Shown here piece by piece: positions 19,415 to 27,718 of a stretch of 64,000 nt of DNA (position 1 is the stretch's first letter; every line of letters begins with the position of its first letter). The DNA lies in contig OZ244042.1 in the NCBI GenBank assembly GCA_965215015.1, positions 4,128,001-4,192,000 on the forward strand, given 5' to 3'. Position numbers and translations under genes: made by a program. Below the pieces are notes generated by a model. It was not told where the DNA came from, did no database searches, and saw only the letters and a list, made by a program, of their open reading frames with translations. The DNA is from Candidatus Poribacteria bacterium. GTDB taxonomy: Bacteria; Poribacteria; WGA-4E; PCPOR2b.

Positions 19415-20368
19415 TCAGAATCCGCGTCTCTTACCAACAACGTTTTGCAGTGGTTCCCCTTTCAGGTAGCGTTCCAAGTTCTCGCAGAAGAACTCAAAGG
19501 TCTTGCGTGGACGATGTTGGGAAGATCCAGCGCGGTGCGGGGTGATAATCAGGTTAGGGATGTCCCAGAGTGGGCTCTCTGGGGGTGGGGGTTCAATTTC
19601 AGTTACGTCTAAACCGGCTCCGGCAATTTCACCATTCTTCAGTGCATGAACGAGGGCATCCTCGTCAATAATACCACCACGAGTAACGTTGACTAGGTAG
19701 GCAGTCTGTTTCATAGCAGCGAGTTCCTCGCTCCCAATCAGATGATAGGTCTCCGGAGTTTTGGGGCAGGCGAGCATGACCGCGTCCGAACGGCTAAGTA
19801 GGTCGTGCAGGTTTTCCCGTGTTGCCGGTTTTAGTTCGGTGACTTCGTCCGGCTTGTCTTGGCGCACCGGATCGATGGCCAGGATGGTCATGTCGTAACC
19901 GCGGGCCCGCAGCACCATCTCTATGCCAAAGCCACCCAAACCGATAATTCCGAGAGTACTCCCTGTCAGTTCAACCGCTGGCATCTGCCATATTCTGCGT
20001 CCTTCGCTTCCCCTAACGTGCGGGATACCTCGCGCTAGACACAAAAGCAATGCCCAGGCGTGTTCACCACCTTGGCTTGCGTAGAGCCCTGCCATGTTGG
20101 TAACGACAACATCATCTCTCTCGATGATTTCCGGAAATAGAAAGTTATCCATACCTGCGCTGTTGGATTGAATCCAGCGGAGTTTCGGGGCGGCGGCACA
20201 AACCGAGGGGAGGAAAAGTCCCAATATGACCTCTGTCTCTGGTGCAAATTGGAGGGCTTCCTCCTCGCTGGTGGCGTGGCAAACTTCGTGGGCGCCGCAT
20301 TTGTGTGCAATTTGTTGGAAGGTTTTGATCTGCGCTTCGTCAAAGGAAAAATGGATTAGTATTCTCAT
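19415..20368 (-). CDS. D-2-hydroxyacid dehydrogenase
   Basis: GLGGFG, NVTRGGIIDE, GAGLDV, TPH motifs. Confidence 0.9.
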   Translation of the reverse strand: MRILIHFSFDEAQIKTFQQIAHKCGAHEVCHATSEEEALQFAPETEVILGLFLPSVCAAAPKLRWIQSNSAGMDNFLFPEIIERDDVVVTNMAGLYASQGGEHAWALLLCLARGIPHVRGSEGRRIWQMPAVELTGSTLGIIGLGGFGIEMVLRARGYDMTILAIDPVRQDKPDEVTELKPATRENLHDLLSRSDAVMLACPKTPETYHLIGSEELAAMKQTAYLVNVTRGGIIDEDALVHALKNGEIAGAGLDVTEIEPPPPESPLWDIPNLIITPHRAGSSQHRPRKTFEFFCENLERYLKGEPLQNVVGKRRGF

Positions 20369-20563
20369 GATTGTTTCCTAAAAGACCAATCTCCATGAAA
20401 ATAGGGACCGGTGGGGAAAATTGGGTGGCAGTTCACTCTAACTATGATACCATCTTATCATAGGTCAATTTTTAGAACAATAAAAAAAGTGACGCAATGC
20501 AGATATTTATTTTATTTTTTTATAAAGATTTAACCTCAACAACTGGCATAGACGGAGGGCAAC

Positions 20564-21484
20564 ATGATTATAGACTCACATCAACACGCCTACTACCACG
20601 GTGTCAATCCTACTGGTATCATCACCGAAATGGATAATTTCGAGATTGACGTAACGTGGCTGCTGACTTGGTATCTGCCGCCGGCAGAGGATGCGCCGGG
20701 AAGTTGCCGCGCTTTTAATCCTTACAATATTCGGCCGGATGGCACACATGCAGGTGCCACCTTAGATGAACTCCTCGATGCGCGAGATCGATACCCGGAT
20801 CGCTTTATCGCCGGATATTGTCCGTGTCCATCCGAGGGAGATGCGGCGGCACTTTTTGAAGCCGCCTATCACATGCACGGGGTACGGGTCTGTGGAGAGT
20901 GGAGCTACCGTATGTTGTTGGACGACCCACGCGCATTGGAACTGTTCCATAAAGCTGGTGAGCTAAAGTGTCCGGTCGTGTTACACTTGGACGTTCCTTA
21001 TCTACCGGATGGAAAAGGCAAACAGGTTTATCAAACCTACTGGTACGGGGGAGGCGCAGGTCCTTTGGAACGTACCTTGCAAGCGTGCCCCGAAACAATT
21101 TTCATCGGCCATGCCCCCGGCTTCTGGCGGTATATCAGTGGAGATGCGGATACCGATCCGGCGACATATCCTCGGGGACCTATTAGACCCGGCGGTCAAG
21201 TACAACGCCTTCTCAATACCTATCCCAACCTCTACGCAGATCTGTCTGCCGGATCCGGACTGGGCGCGTTGCAGAGAGATATAGGACACGCAAAGGAATT
21301 TCTCACCCACTATGCAGACCGCCTGCTCTTTGGCCGGGATCAACACGGTCAAGCCCTACAACTATTTCTGGGTGGACTCGCGCTTCCTGATGAAGTGGCA
21401 AATAAGATTTTTTATCGAAATGCGCTACGGTTGGTGCCCCTCCCGGAATGCAGATTGAGGTACAGTAACGAAAATATCAATTGA
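20564..21484 (+). CDS. Amidohydrolase family 2 protein
   Basis: IIDSHQH, VVLH, FIGH, LLFGRD, N-A-x-R-L tail. Confidence 0.85.
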   Translation: MIIDSHQHAYYHGVNPTGIITEMDNFEIDVTWLLTWYLPPAEDAPGSCRAFNPYNIRPDGTHAGATLDELLDARDRYPDRFIAGYCPCPSEGDAAALFEAAYHMHGVRVCGEWSYRMLLDDPRALELFHKAGELKCPVVLHLDVPYLPDGKGKQVYQTYWYGGGAGPLERTLQACPETIFIGHAPGFWRYISGDADTDPATYPRGPIRPGGQVQRLLNTYPNLYADLSAGSGLGALQRDIGHAKEFLTHYADRLLFGRDQHGQALQLFLGGLALPDEVANKIFYRNALRLVPLPECRLRYSNENIN

Positions 21485-21486
21485 TA

Positions 21487-21515
21487 TTGACGTTGCCCTT
21501 GCTTTCTGCTAAAAT
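21487..21515 (+). promoter_or_regulatory. Sigma70 promoter upstream of the uxuA-like gene
   Basis: TTGACG-17 bp-TAAAAT with extended -10 TG. Confidence 0.6.
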
Positions 21516-21619
21516 AGCGCGCCGACTGGGAACCGTAAATAATAAATCTAAGCGGTAGCTTTCAGTCGCTCCAATGAAACTACCTACTTATCACGTTTCA
21601 AATCTAGGAGAATACAATC

Positions 21620-22636
21620 ATGGCAAAACACCCAATGGAAACCATCGAACCAGGTATCAAAGTCACAGCACAAATGTCCCCCGAACCGAGCGAGGAAGAC
21701 CTACAATTCACCAAGCAGATGGGGGTCGAATATGTGGTGCTCTGGACAGATGGTGAACATGCCAATTACGACTATTTTATGAGTCGGCGGGAGATTTTTG
21801 AGAACGCCGGATTAAAAATCTACGGTTTCGGCAACGGCGATGTCCACAACCAGGACGCGATTGTGCTGAACCTGCCCAACCGCGATGAGAAAATCGAGCA
21901 GTATAAACGATATATCCGGGACCTAGGCCGCGCCGGGATTCCATACACCACCTACGCCCACATGGGCAACGGCATCTGGAGCACAGAACGTGAAACAACC
22001 CGTGGTGGCGCGAGTGCGAGGGGATTTGACCTAAACCAAGCGCAAGAGGGGCATTGGCGGGAAAAAACTTATCAGATGCCGCTCTCACACGGCCGTGAAT
22101 ACTCAGAACAGGAGATTTGGGACAACTACACCCATTTCATCAAAGAAGCTGCGCCGGTAGCAGAGGAAGCTGGAGTGATGATTGGCATCCATCCCGATGA
22201 CCCACCCGTTCCAAAACTAGCGGGCATCCCGCGCTGCATCTTCAGCAGTTTTGAGGGCTACAAGCGAGCATTTGAAATTGCCGACAGTCCTAATGTCGGA
22301 ATGTGTCTCTGTGTCGGTTGCTGGTTAGAGGGGGGCGAATTGATGGGTAAGGACGTCCTAGAATCCATGCGGTTCTTCGGTGAATGGGGCAAGGTCTTCA
22401 AGGTGCATTTCCGCAATGTAGACCAACCGCTGCCACACTTTGTCGAGACCTTTGTGGACAACGGGTATCAAGACATGTATCAAGTGATGAAGGTTATGCG
22501 CGAGGTGAACTTCAAAGGCGTTGCGATTCCAGACCACATCCCATCTATGGTGGGCGATCGAAGCGGGACAGCCTACACCATCGCCTATATGAACGCACTC
22601 GTTAAACGAGCAAATGAGGAAGTTGGTGGCGTATAG
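21620..22636 (+). CDS. uxuA: Mannonate dehydratase family protein
   Basis: GIHPDDPP, VHFRNV, FVETFVDNG, IPDHIP motifs. Confidence 0.8.
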   Translation: MAKHPMETIEPGIKVTAQMSPEPSEEDLQFTKQMGVEYVVLWTDGEHANYDYFMSRREIFENAGLKIYGFGNGDVHNQDAIVLNLPNRDEKIEQYKRYIRDLGRAGIPYTTYAHMGNGIWSTERETTRGGASARGFDLNQAQEGHWREKTYQMPLSHGREYSEQEIWDNYTHFIKEAAPVAEEAGVMIGIHPDDPPVPKLAGIPRCIFSSFEGYKRAFEIADSPNVGMCLCVGCWLEGGELMGKDVLESMRFFGEWGKVFKVHFRNVDQPLPHFVETFVDNGYQDMYQVMKVMREVNFKGVAIPDHIPSMVGDRSGTAYTIAYMNALVKRANEEVGGV

Positions 22637-22736
22637 GGGAGTTTAACAGTACAAGGACTTGTGCCCCTCGGTAGAGAATTCGGCAAACACTCTGTAATCA
22701 TCGCGCTGCCTGCCACAACCCCAAGTGATTATCGCT

Positions 22737-22765
22737 AGTAGTAGGCATACTCCATGCCTACTACT
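22737..22765. repeat. REP-like GTAG palindrome
   Basis: AGTAGTAGGCAT-ACTCC-ATGCCTACTACT; relatives at 31804-31831 and 47578-47602. Confidence 0.7.
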
Positions 22766-22819
22766 TTGGGAAATCTACCGTAAACCGAGTTGTCCTTAAT
22801 CGCTCAAATTGCTTTGGAT

Positions 22820-22865
22820 CCCGATCTTATCGGGGCACATCAGGTTGAAAACTCTCGGAACGGAG
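22820..22865 (+). repeat. Dispersed repeat: CCCGAT..ATCGGG palindrome plus AGGTTGAAAACTCTCGGAACGGAG
   Basis: The 24-mer 22842-22865 is identical to 24690-24713; related sequence near 56117 and 62601-62665. Confidence 0.75.
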
Positions 22866-22987
22866 ATTGGTTCAATCCGTTAAATGTCAACAGAACCTAG
22901 CTCCTGAGTTACCTTGTAACTTTGCAAGCCGTACGTAACCGGGGTTGTAGATATTTATTCAAAAATGTACAGGTAAAATCTATCGGT

Positions 22988-23725
22988 TTATCGCTCTCGA
23001 CGAATCCATTGGACTGCTGCTTGCAAGGTACTGTCGTTGTTATATTGCGAGACTATTTCCCTTAGCACAGTGGGAGACGCTTTTTGCAGTGCCTGCACCT
23101 CCTGAATTAGCAGCGGCAGGGCCCGCACCACATTATCCACAATAGTCACACCCGCCTGCTTAGCGGTTCGCGACATCGGGTTAAGGTCAACGGTTACCAC
23201 TATTTTGCCCATTTTCCGTAATGCTTCGCAACGGTCACCGTCCTCAAGAGGAACGAATACCACATCGGCGCGAAAGATTCCCTCTGGATGGACGAACTTC
23301 CGGTTTGAATCGATAAACGGCAGCTGTGCGTCCGTTCCAGGCATTAATACTTGACCCGCTCCATGTTTTTTGAGATACTTCTGTATCGCTTTCTCCCGTT
23401 TTTTAGAGGTGTGAAAGATATTTACCTCTAACGGGGCTTTGAGGACATTTGCAAACGCGACCAATTCACCGGGTGTCAGGGATGCGACATTTCCATTAAC
23501 GGAGATTACGGGGTGTTCGGCGAGTAAAAGGATGGCAGCCCCGGCACGGATTGCATTCATAGCGAAAGGTTGTGTTTTTTCGCCGATGAGGTAATCGAAG
23601 GCTTCGCCGCGACCATGCGCCATCAGACCGTGGATGGAGGTCACTCCGCTCTCCACACCGGCGACAATTGTATCTCGCAGCTTCAACGACACATACCGGG
23701 GATGATTCTCAGGAACATCGCTCAT
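22988..23725 (-). CDS. Archaeal-type phosphopantothenate synthetase (4-phosphopantoate--beta-alanine ligase)
   Basis: HPRYVSL, AHGRGEAFDYLIGE, PVISVNGN, VPLEDGDR, VDLNPMSRT, IVDNVVRA: hallmark archaeal PPS motifs. Confidence 0.92.
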   Translation of the reverse strand: MSDVPENHPRYVSLKLRDTIVAGVESGVTSIHGLMAHGRGEAFDYLIGEKTQPFAMNAIRAGAAILLLAEHPVISVNGNVASLTPGELVAFANVLKAPLEVNIFHTSKKREKAIQKYLKKHGAGQVLMPGTDAQLPFIDSNRKFVHPEGIFRADVVFVPLEDGDRCEALRKMGKIVVTVDLNPMSRTAKQAGVTIVDNVVRALPLLIQEVQALQKASPTVLREIVSQYNNDSTLQAAVQWIRRER

Positions 23726-24561
23726 AACAACCTCCCCTTCTCACCTTTAGAGAGTTTTGTTGCATTTGCCTTTTCAAAAGATTGGGTGCTGAACACGGCA
23801 TTTCCCAACATAATCATGGACGCAACCCCTCCCGCCGCCTCGATTTCACGGATAACCTCCTGTACATGTGCGTCCTCTAACAATCCACTATTGATGGAGA
23901 ACTGTTTGGACAACCGAATACACGCGTTAAAATCAACTGCGTCCGATTTGGTCAGTTTTTCTAAAGCTTGCAATGCCTCATCAGCCGCTCTGTTGATACG
24001 GTCTCTCCGCCCTGCATTTTCGAGGATGGTTTTCGTCTGGATAGAGCTAAAATATCGGTAGTAGATGGATTGTTCTGGAATCGGCAGCCGTTCTGCAGCG
24101 AGGGGATAACCTATCTTCAATTTGACGAGACAACCACCGTGGTATTGGGCGCAGACATCACCCAACCCCGTCCGATTTTCCACCTCAGCTACATGGGCAC
24201 TCATCGCCAATTCTTCCTCAGATTTGCCCAATCCTAGTAAGGCATTAAGTGCATACGCCGTGGCGAGCGAAGCTGCTCCACTCAGTCCGAACCCGCACCC
24301 AAGCGGCAGGGGAGAATCAATTTCTACTTCCACTGGCTGGGCTGTCAATTTTTGAACGACCGACACAACGGTAGGAAAATGAATCTGGCTGCTGTTAAAT
24401 CGGACAGTAGTCTGGCTACTACTCTGGGAAACCGTTACAACAACACCTTCTGTAATAGTAAATCCCATGCCGAGCGAGTGCATCTGGGTTGCTTCTGGGT
24501 GAGGGATAATCTTGAATACGCAAGAGAGATTGCCGGGTGCGAATGCTTTCGCCTTTTCCAT
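23722..24561 (-). CDS. Archaeal-type pantoate kinase (GHMP kinase family)
   Basis: AFAPG, PLGCGFGLSGA, AHVAEV..RTGLGDV, SMIMLGNAVF; its stop overlaps the PPS start. ATG at 24561 preferred. Confidence 0.88.
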   Translation of the reverse strand: MEKAKAFAPGNLSCVFKIIPHPEATQMHSLGMGFTITEGVVVTVSQSSSQTTVRFNSSQIHFPTVVSVVQKLTAQPVEVEIDSPLPLGCGFGLSGAASLATAYALNALLGLGKSEEELAMSAHVAEVENRTGLGDVCAQYHGGCLVKLKIGYPLAAERLPIPEQSIYYRYFSSIQTKTILENAGRRDRINRAADEALQALEKLTKSDAVDFNACIRLSKQFSINSGLLEDAHVQEVIREIEAAGGVASMIMLGNAVFSTQSFEKANATKLSKGEKGRLL

Positions 24562-24620
24562 CTTTTCCTTGTTTCCGTTGGGATTGGTCCACTGACTACT
24601 TACTACATATTTCGCCAAAT

Positions 24621-24648
24621 ATTATACGGATTTGGAGGACAGTGTCAA
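24621..24648 (-). promoter_or_regulatory. Sigma70 promoter for the pantoate kinase/PPS pair
   Basis: Minus strand reads TTGACA-16 bp-TATAAT. Confidence 0.65.
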
Positions 24649-24689
24649 CGGAAATCAACGAACCCAGTAGAGTCATTTTGTTCTTCTGT

Positions 24690-24713
24690 AGGTTGAAAAC
24701 TCTCGGAACGGAG
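24690..24713 (+). repeat. 24-bp direct repeat, second copy
   Basis: AGGTTGAAAACTCTCGGAACGGAG, identical to 22842-22865. Confidence 0.8.
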
Positions 24714-24852
24714 CGGAATCTCCGAATCCCGTCATATCGTTCAGACAGGGAGAAAATCGAAAATTAAATAGCTCTAACGAGCCCAGAAATACGCGAATGA
24801 GCAAATCAAATTCACAATCTCAGTATAAACCGAATCAATTCAAGGAGAGCTT

Positions 24853-25644
24853 ATGAGTGAGATAATTCTATCTTGTACGACATGTGCGTTGCGAAATCCA
24901 CCTTTGGATGAAATCTTGGAAACGTTCAAGCACGCACCACAAGCGGGGTATACCCACTGGGGATTGGCGGGACCCATTACTTGGACCCCTGGACTTATCC
25001 GGTGGTTGGATACAGAGGGGCTCCAGCGTCAGGCAGCTGAAGCGGGGTTGAAAGGATTGACTGAGGTTTACGCGGCAGCGATTTCTACCGACTCCGTTAA
25101 GGCAGCAGAGAGTTCTGTCGAAGATTTGCTGCTCAATATTGAGGCAGCGGTTAAACTAAAGTGTCCTTTGCTCGTATTTTCAGGAGGGAAGCGGCAGGCA
25201 GACGGTTTGACGCATACGCTTGCCGGACTCGACAAACTCTCTGAGGCAATTGCCGATCTACCCGTAAAGGTAGCATTGGAGCCGCATGTGGGGTCTCAAT
25301 TTCAGAATGAGGCGGATTACGCGGAAATTTTCGCACATATTACCACAAAACAGATTGGCATTACAATTGATACAGGACACTTTCACGTGGCAAGCGTGGA
25401 CTGGAAAACACTCATCCGTAGGTATTCCGACCGCATTTACAACGTCCATGTGAAAGACCACATCGGTCATCAATCCGTTCCGATTGGGGAGGGAGAAATC
25501 GATATGCCGGGACTGATTTATGAACTCCGCGCGATAGACTACCGTGGTCCATTTGCCGTTGAGTTGGAGGTCGAGGACCCAGAAAATCTTCCCCGGTACG
25601 TCGCCGATGCTTACCAATATCTATCAGGTTTAATTCACGTCTGA
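24853..25644 (+). CDS. Sugar phosphate isomerase/epimerase (xylose isomerase-like TIM barrel)
   Basis: ALEPH, DTGH, VHVKD, GEGEID, VELE metal ligands. Confidence 0.85.
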   Translation: MSEIILSCTTCALRNPPLDEILETFKHAPQAGYTHWGLAGPITWTPGLIRWLDTEGLQRQAAEAGLKGLTEVYAAAISTDSVKAAESSVEDLLLNIEAAVKLKCPLLVFSGGKRQADGLTHTLAGLDKLSEAIADLPVKVALEPHVGSQFQNEADYAEIFAHITTKQIGITIDTGHFHVASVDWKTLIRRYSDRIYNVHVKDHIGHQSVPIGEGEIDMPGLIYELRAIDYRGPFAVELEVEDPENLPRYVADAYQYLSGLIHV

Positions 25645-25668
25645 TAACAGATGGGTTGTTCGTTTGTA

Positions 25669-26397
25669 TCATCTCTCGACTTTCAGTTGACCCCATATCG
25701 TAGCAAGTTTTTCCTTTGATTGAATGCTCTGAGGCAGCAATTCAGTATCATACGCTTCCACGGTTGCAAGTGCACGTCGCAACAATCCCTGCGACCCTCC
25801 GATGGCATAAACCTTTCCCTGTACAGTATTGGTAGAGAGATTTCCTCTTGGAGTAGGTATATTTGGTGCTTTTTCCCAAGTATTTGTCGCCGGGTCATAG
25901 ACTTCAACGCTCTGAAGCCCCTCACGACCATTTGGTGTTCCCCCAACGGCATAAATCTTTCCGTTGACGGCACTGGTCGATAATCCCCATCTTGGCGTGG
26001 GCATATTTGTTTTCTGCGTCCAAGTATTTGTCGCCGGATCATATGCTTCGACGACAGCAAGCATCCCACCGAGGTTTCCGCCACCGATGGCATAAATCGT
26101 ATCATCCACCGAGCTCGTGGAAAATCCTTCCCGTCGGGTTGGCATGTCGGCTTTCTTAGTCCACCTGTCTGTCAGGGGATTATATTCTTCTGTCTTAGAC
26201 AAAAGCGTATTACCCACTCTCCCCCCAATAGCATAAATCTTTCCTTGCACCGTGCAGGTGGATAGCGCAAATCTTGCGGTTGGCATATCCGCTTTCTGTC
26301 CCCATTTTCCACCCTTGGCAAGACACAGTGGAGGCACAACCCAGAAAATTGCTGTGAATATGAGAATAGTTTTGAACGTCAACCCTTTCAGAATCAA
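25669..26397 (-). CDS. Secreted Kelch-repeat protein with C-terminal KLATIWGQLK motif
   Basis: Signal peptide; about 4 repeats of MPTxR...GKIYAIGG...EAYDP.TNTW. Confidence 0.9.
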   Translation of the reverse strand: MILKGLTFKTILIFTAIFWVVPPLCLAKGGKWGQKADMPTARFALSTCTVQGKIYAIGGRVGNTLLSKTEEYNPLTDRWTKKADMPTRREGFSTSSVDDTIYAIGGGNLGGMLAVVEAYDPATNTWTQKTNMPTPRWGLSTSAVNGKIYAVGGTPNGREGLQSVEVYDPATNTWEKAPNIPTPRGNLSTNTVQGKVYAIGGSQGLLRRALATVEAYDTELLPQSIQSKEKLATIWGQLKVER

Positions 26398-26419
26398 AAC
26401 TCCCTTCCTTTAGCTATCT

Positions 26420-26539
26420 GGGGGGTGCTCATAGATAGGTTTTGATGCCTGTACTTCTCAACACCTTCCCCCCTACCATTGACGCAGGCACCCTCGCTTG
26501 AATTCCGCTATCATGCGTCTCGAATTATGCACACCCCTC
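26420..26539. mobile_element. MITE (15-bp TIR, 8-bp TSD)
   Basis: TIRs GGGGGGTGCTCATAG / TTATGCACACCCCTC; TSD AGCTATCT at 26412-26419 and 26540-26547. Confidence 0.75.
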
Positions 26540-26541
26540 AG

Positions 26542-27648
26542 CTATCTGTGCCAGTCGTACTCAAGCCCTAGAGAACGATCTTCTAGTGGGAGGTCAATCC
26601 GCTCGCCACCTTGAACGGAAGACAGCTTTATCGCAATCTCAACTTCGAGCGCAACAGCAACCCGTCTGCCCGAATTTTTCGGTTCGTCAAGTTCGCCCGC
26701 TAAGCAGGCAATCACATCTGCCAACCCATGAATCGTGCCGCCACCGACCTGCATCTTAGGTCCCGGCCACGGCATCTCTATCCGGTTCCGTCCTGCGAGG
26801 GTCTCCACATCCTGAAATAGGGTCCAGTCGGAGTAATGCTCCGGGTGGAAAAGTTCGCCCTCTGTACCGGTAATCCGTACCGCCGGAGCACCCTTCCTGA
26901 AGTGCACGATAAGACCTGTGTCGGTAGCCATCATCCCTTGACCACGAAACTCATTGCTGCCCGATTCGCGCTTGGGCAAATCTCCCAAGCCGATAACCCA
27001 AGCAGGGGAGCTATCAACAAAATACGACCAGTTTTGGTGCTGGGATAGATTTTTGTCCGACTCCGCCTCAATAGAAAGCACCTCACCAATTGCGCCACTT
27101 GTTACCAAATCCTTGGCTGTGTCAAACGCAGGATGGTTGGTTGAGATAGCACCACAACAGAGAGGTACACCGGCATCAGTGCAGGTGTTAACCATGCGGT
27201 CTGCCTCCTCAAGGGTGTAAGCCATCGGCTTCTCTGTCACAATCCCTTTCGCGCCGCATTCTACGGCATAGCAGGTCAGATCAGACCGTCCCTTGGTATT
27301 GGTAGAAATAGCAACGATATCCGGCTTTTCCTTCCGCAGCATCTCCATAGGATCGGTGTATAGTACTTGGAGGCCATAACGTTCCCCGAAAGCTGCGAGT
27401 CGTTTGTGGTCCCGTTCAGCAGCGGCGACTAATTCTATTTCTGGCCGGTCTGATAATGCTTCCGCGTAGCTGCTCGGCATCGATTTTTTCGGCAGATGTC
27501 GATCGTGGTAGTAAAACTTGCGGTGGATATCCAATTCGGGTGTGGGACGGTCGATATCGTCTACATGCCACACTCCCATTCGCTGTGCTAGGTCGTAGAG
27601 CAGCCCCATCCACCCCAGTCCGATGACTGCCCCTCGATATTTCGCCAT
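26542..27648 (-). CDS. Gfo/Idh/MocA family oxidoreductase
   Basis: IGLGWMG, TEKPMA; close paralog of 43501-44628. Confidence 0.85.
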   Translation of the reverse strand: MAKYRGAVIGLGWMGLLYDLAQRMGVWHVDDIDRPTPELDIHRKFYYHDRHLPKKSMPSSYAEALSDRPEIELVAAAERDHKRLAAFGERYGLQVLYTDPMEMLRKEKPDIVAISTNTKGRSDLTCYAVECGAKGIVTEKPMAYTLEEADRMVNTCTDAGVPLCCGAISTNHPAFDTAKDLVTSGAIGEVLSIEAESDKNLSQHQNWSYFVDSSPAWVIGLGDLPKRESGSNEFRGQGMMATDTGLIVHFRKGAPAVRITGTEGELFHPEHYSDWTLFQDVETLAGRNRIEMPWPGPKMQVGGGTIHGLADVIACLAGELDEPKNSGRRVAVALEVEIAIKLSSVQGGERIDLPLEDRSLGLEYDWHR

Positions 27649-27718
27649 TTTTATCTCCTTATTCTAATCACGATTTTGACGTCGCTTGGCTAATCCACCT
27701 CAAAATTTTCCGGGAGCG

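Noticed and set aside
22737-22990. Possible CRISPR array among the intergenic repeats
   Set aside because: No regularly spaced identical repeats with unique spacers, and no cas genes in the window.
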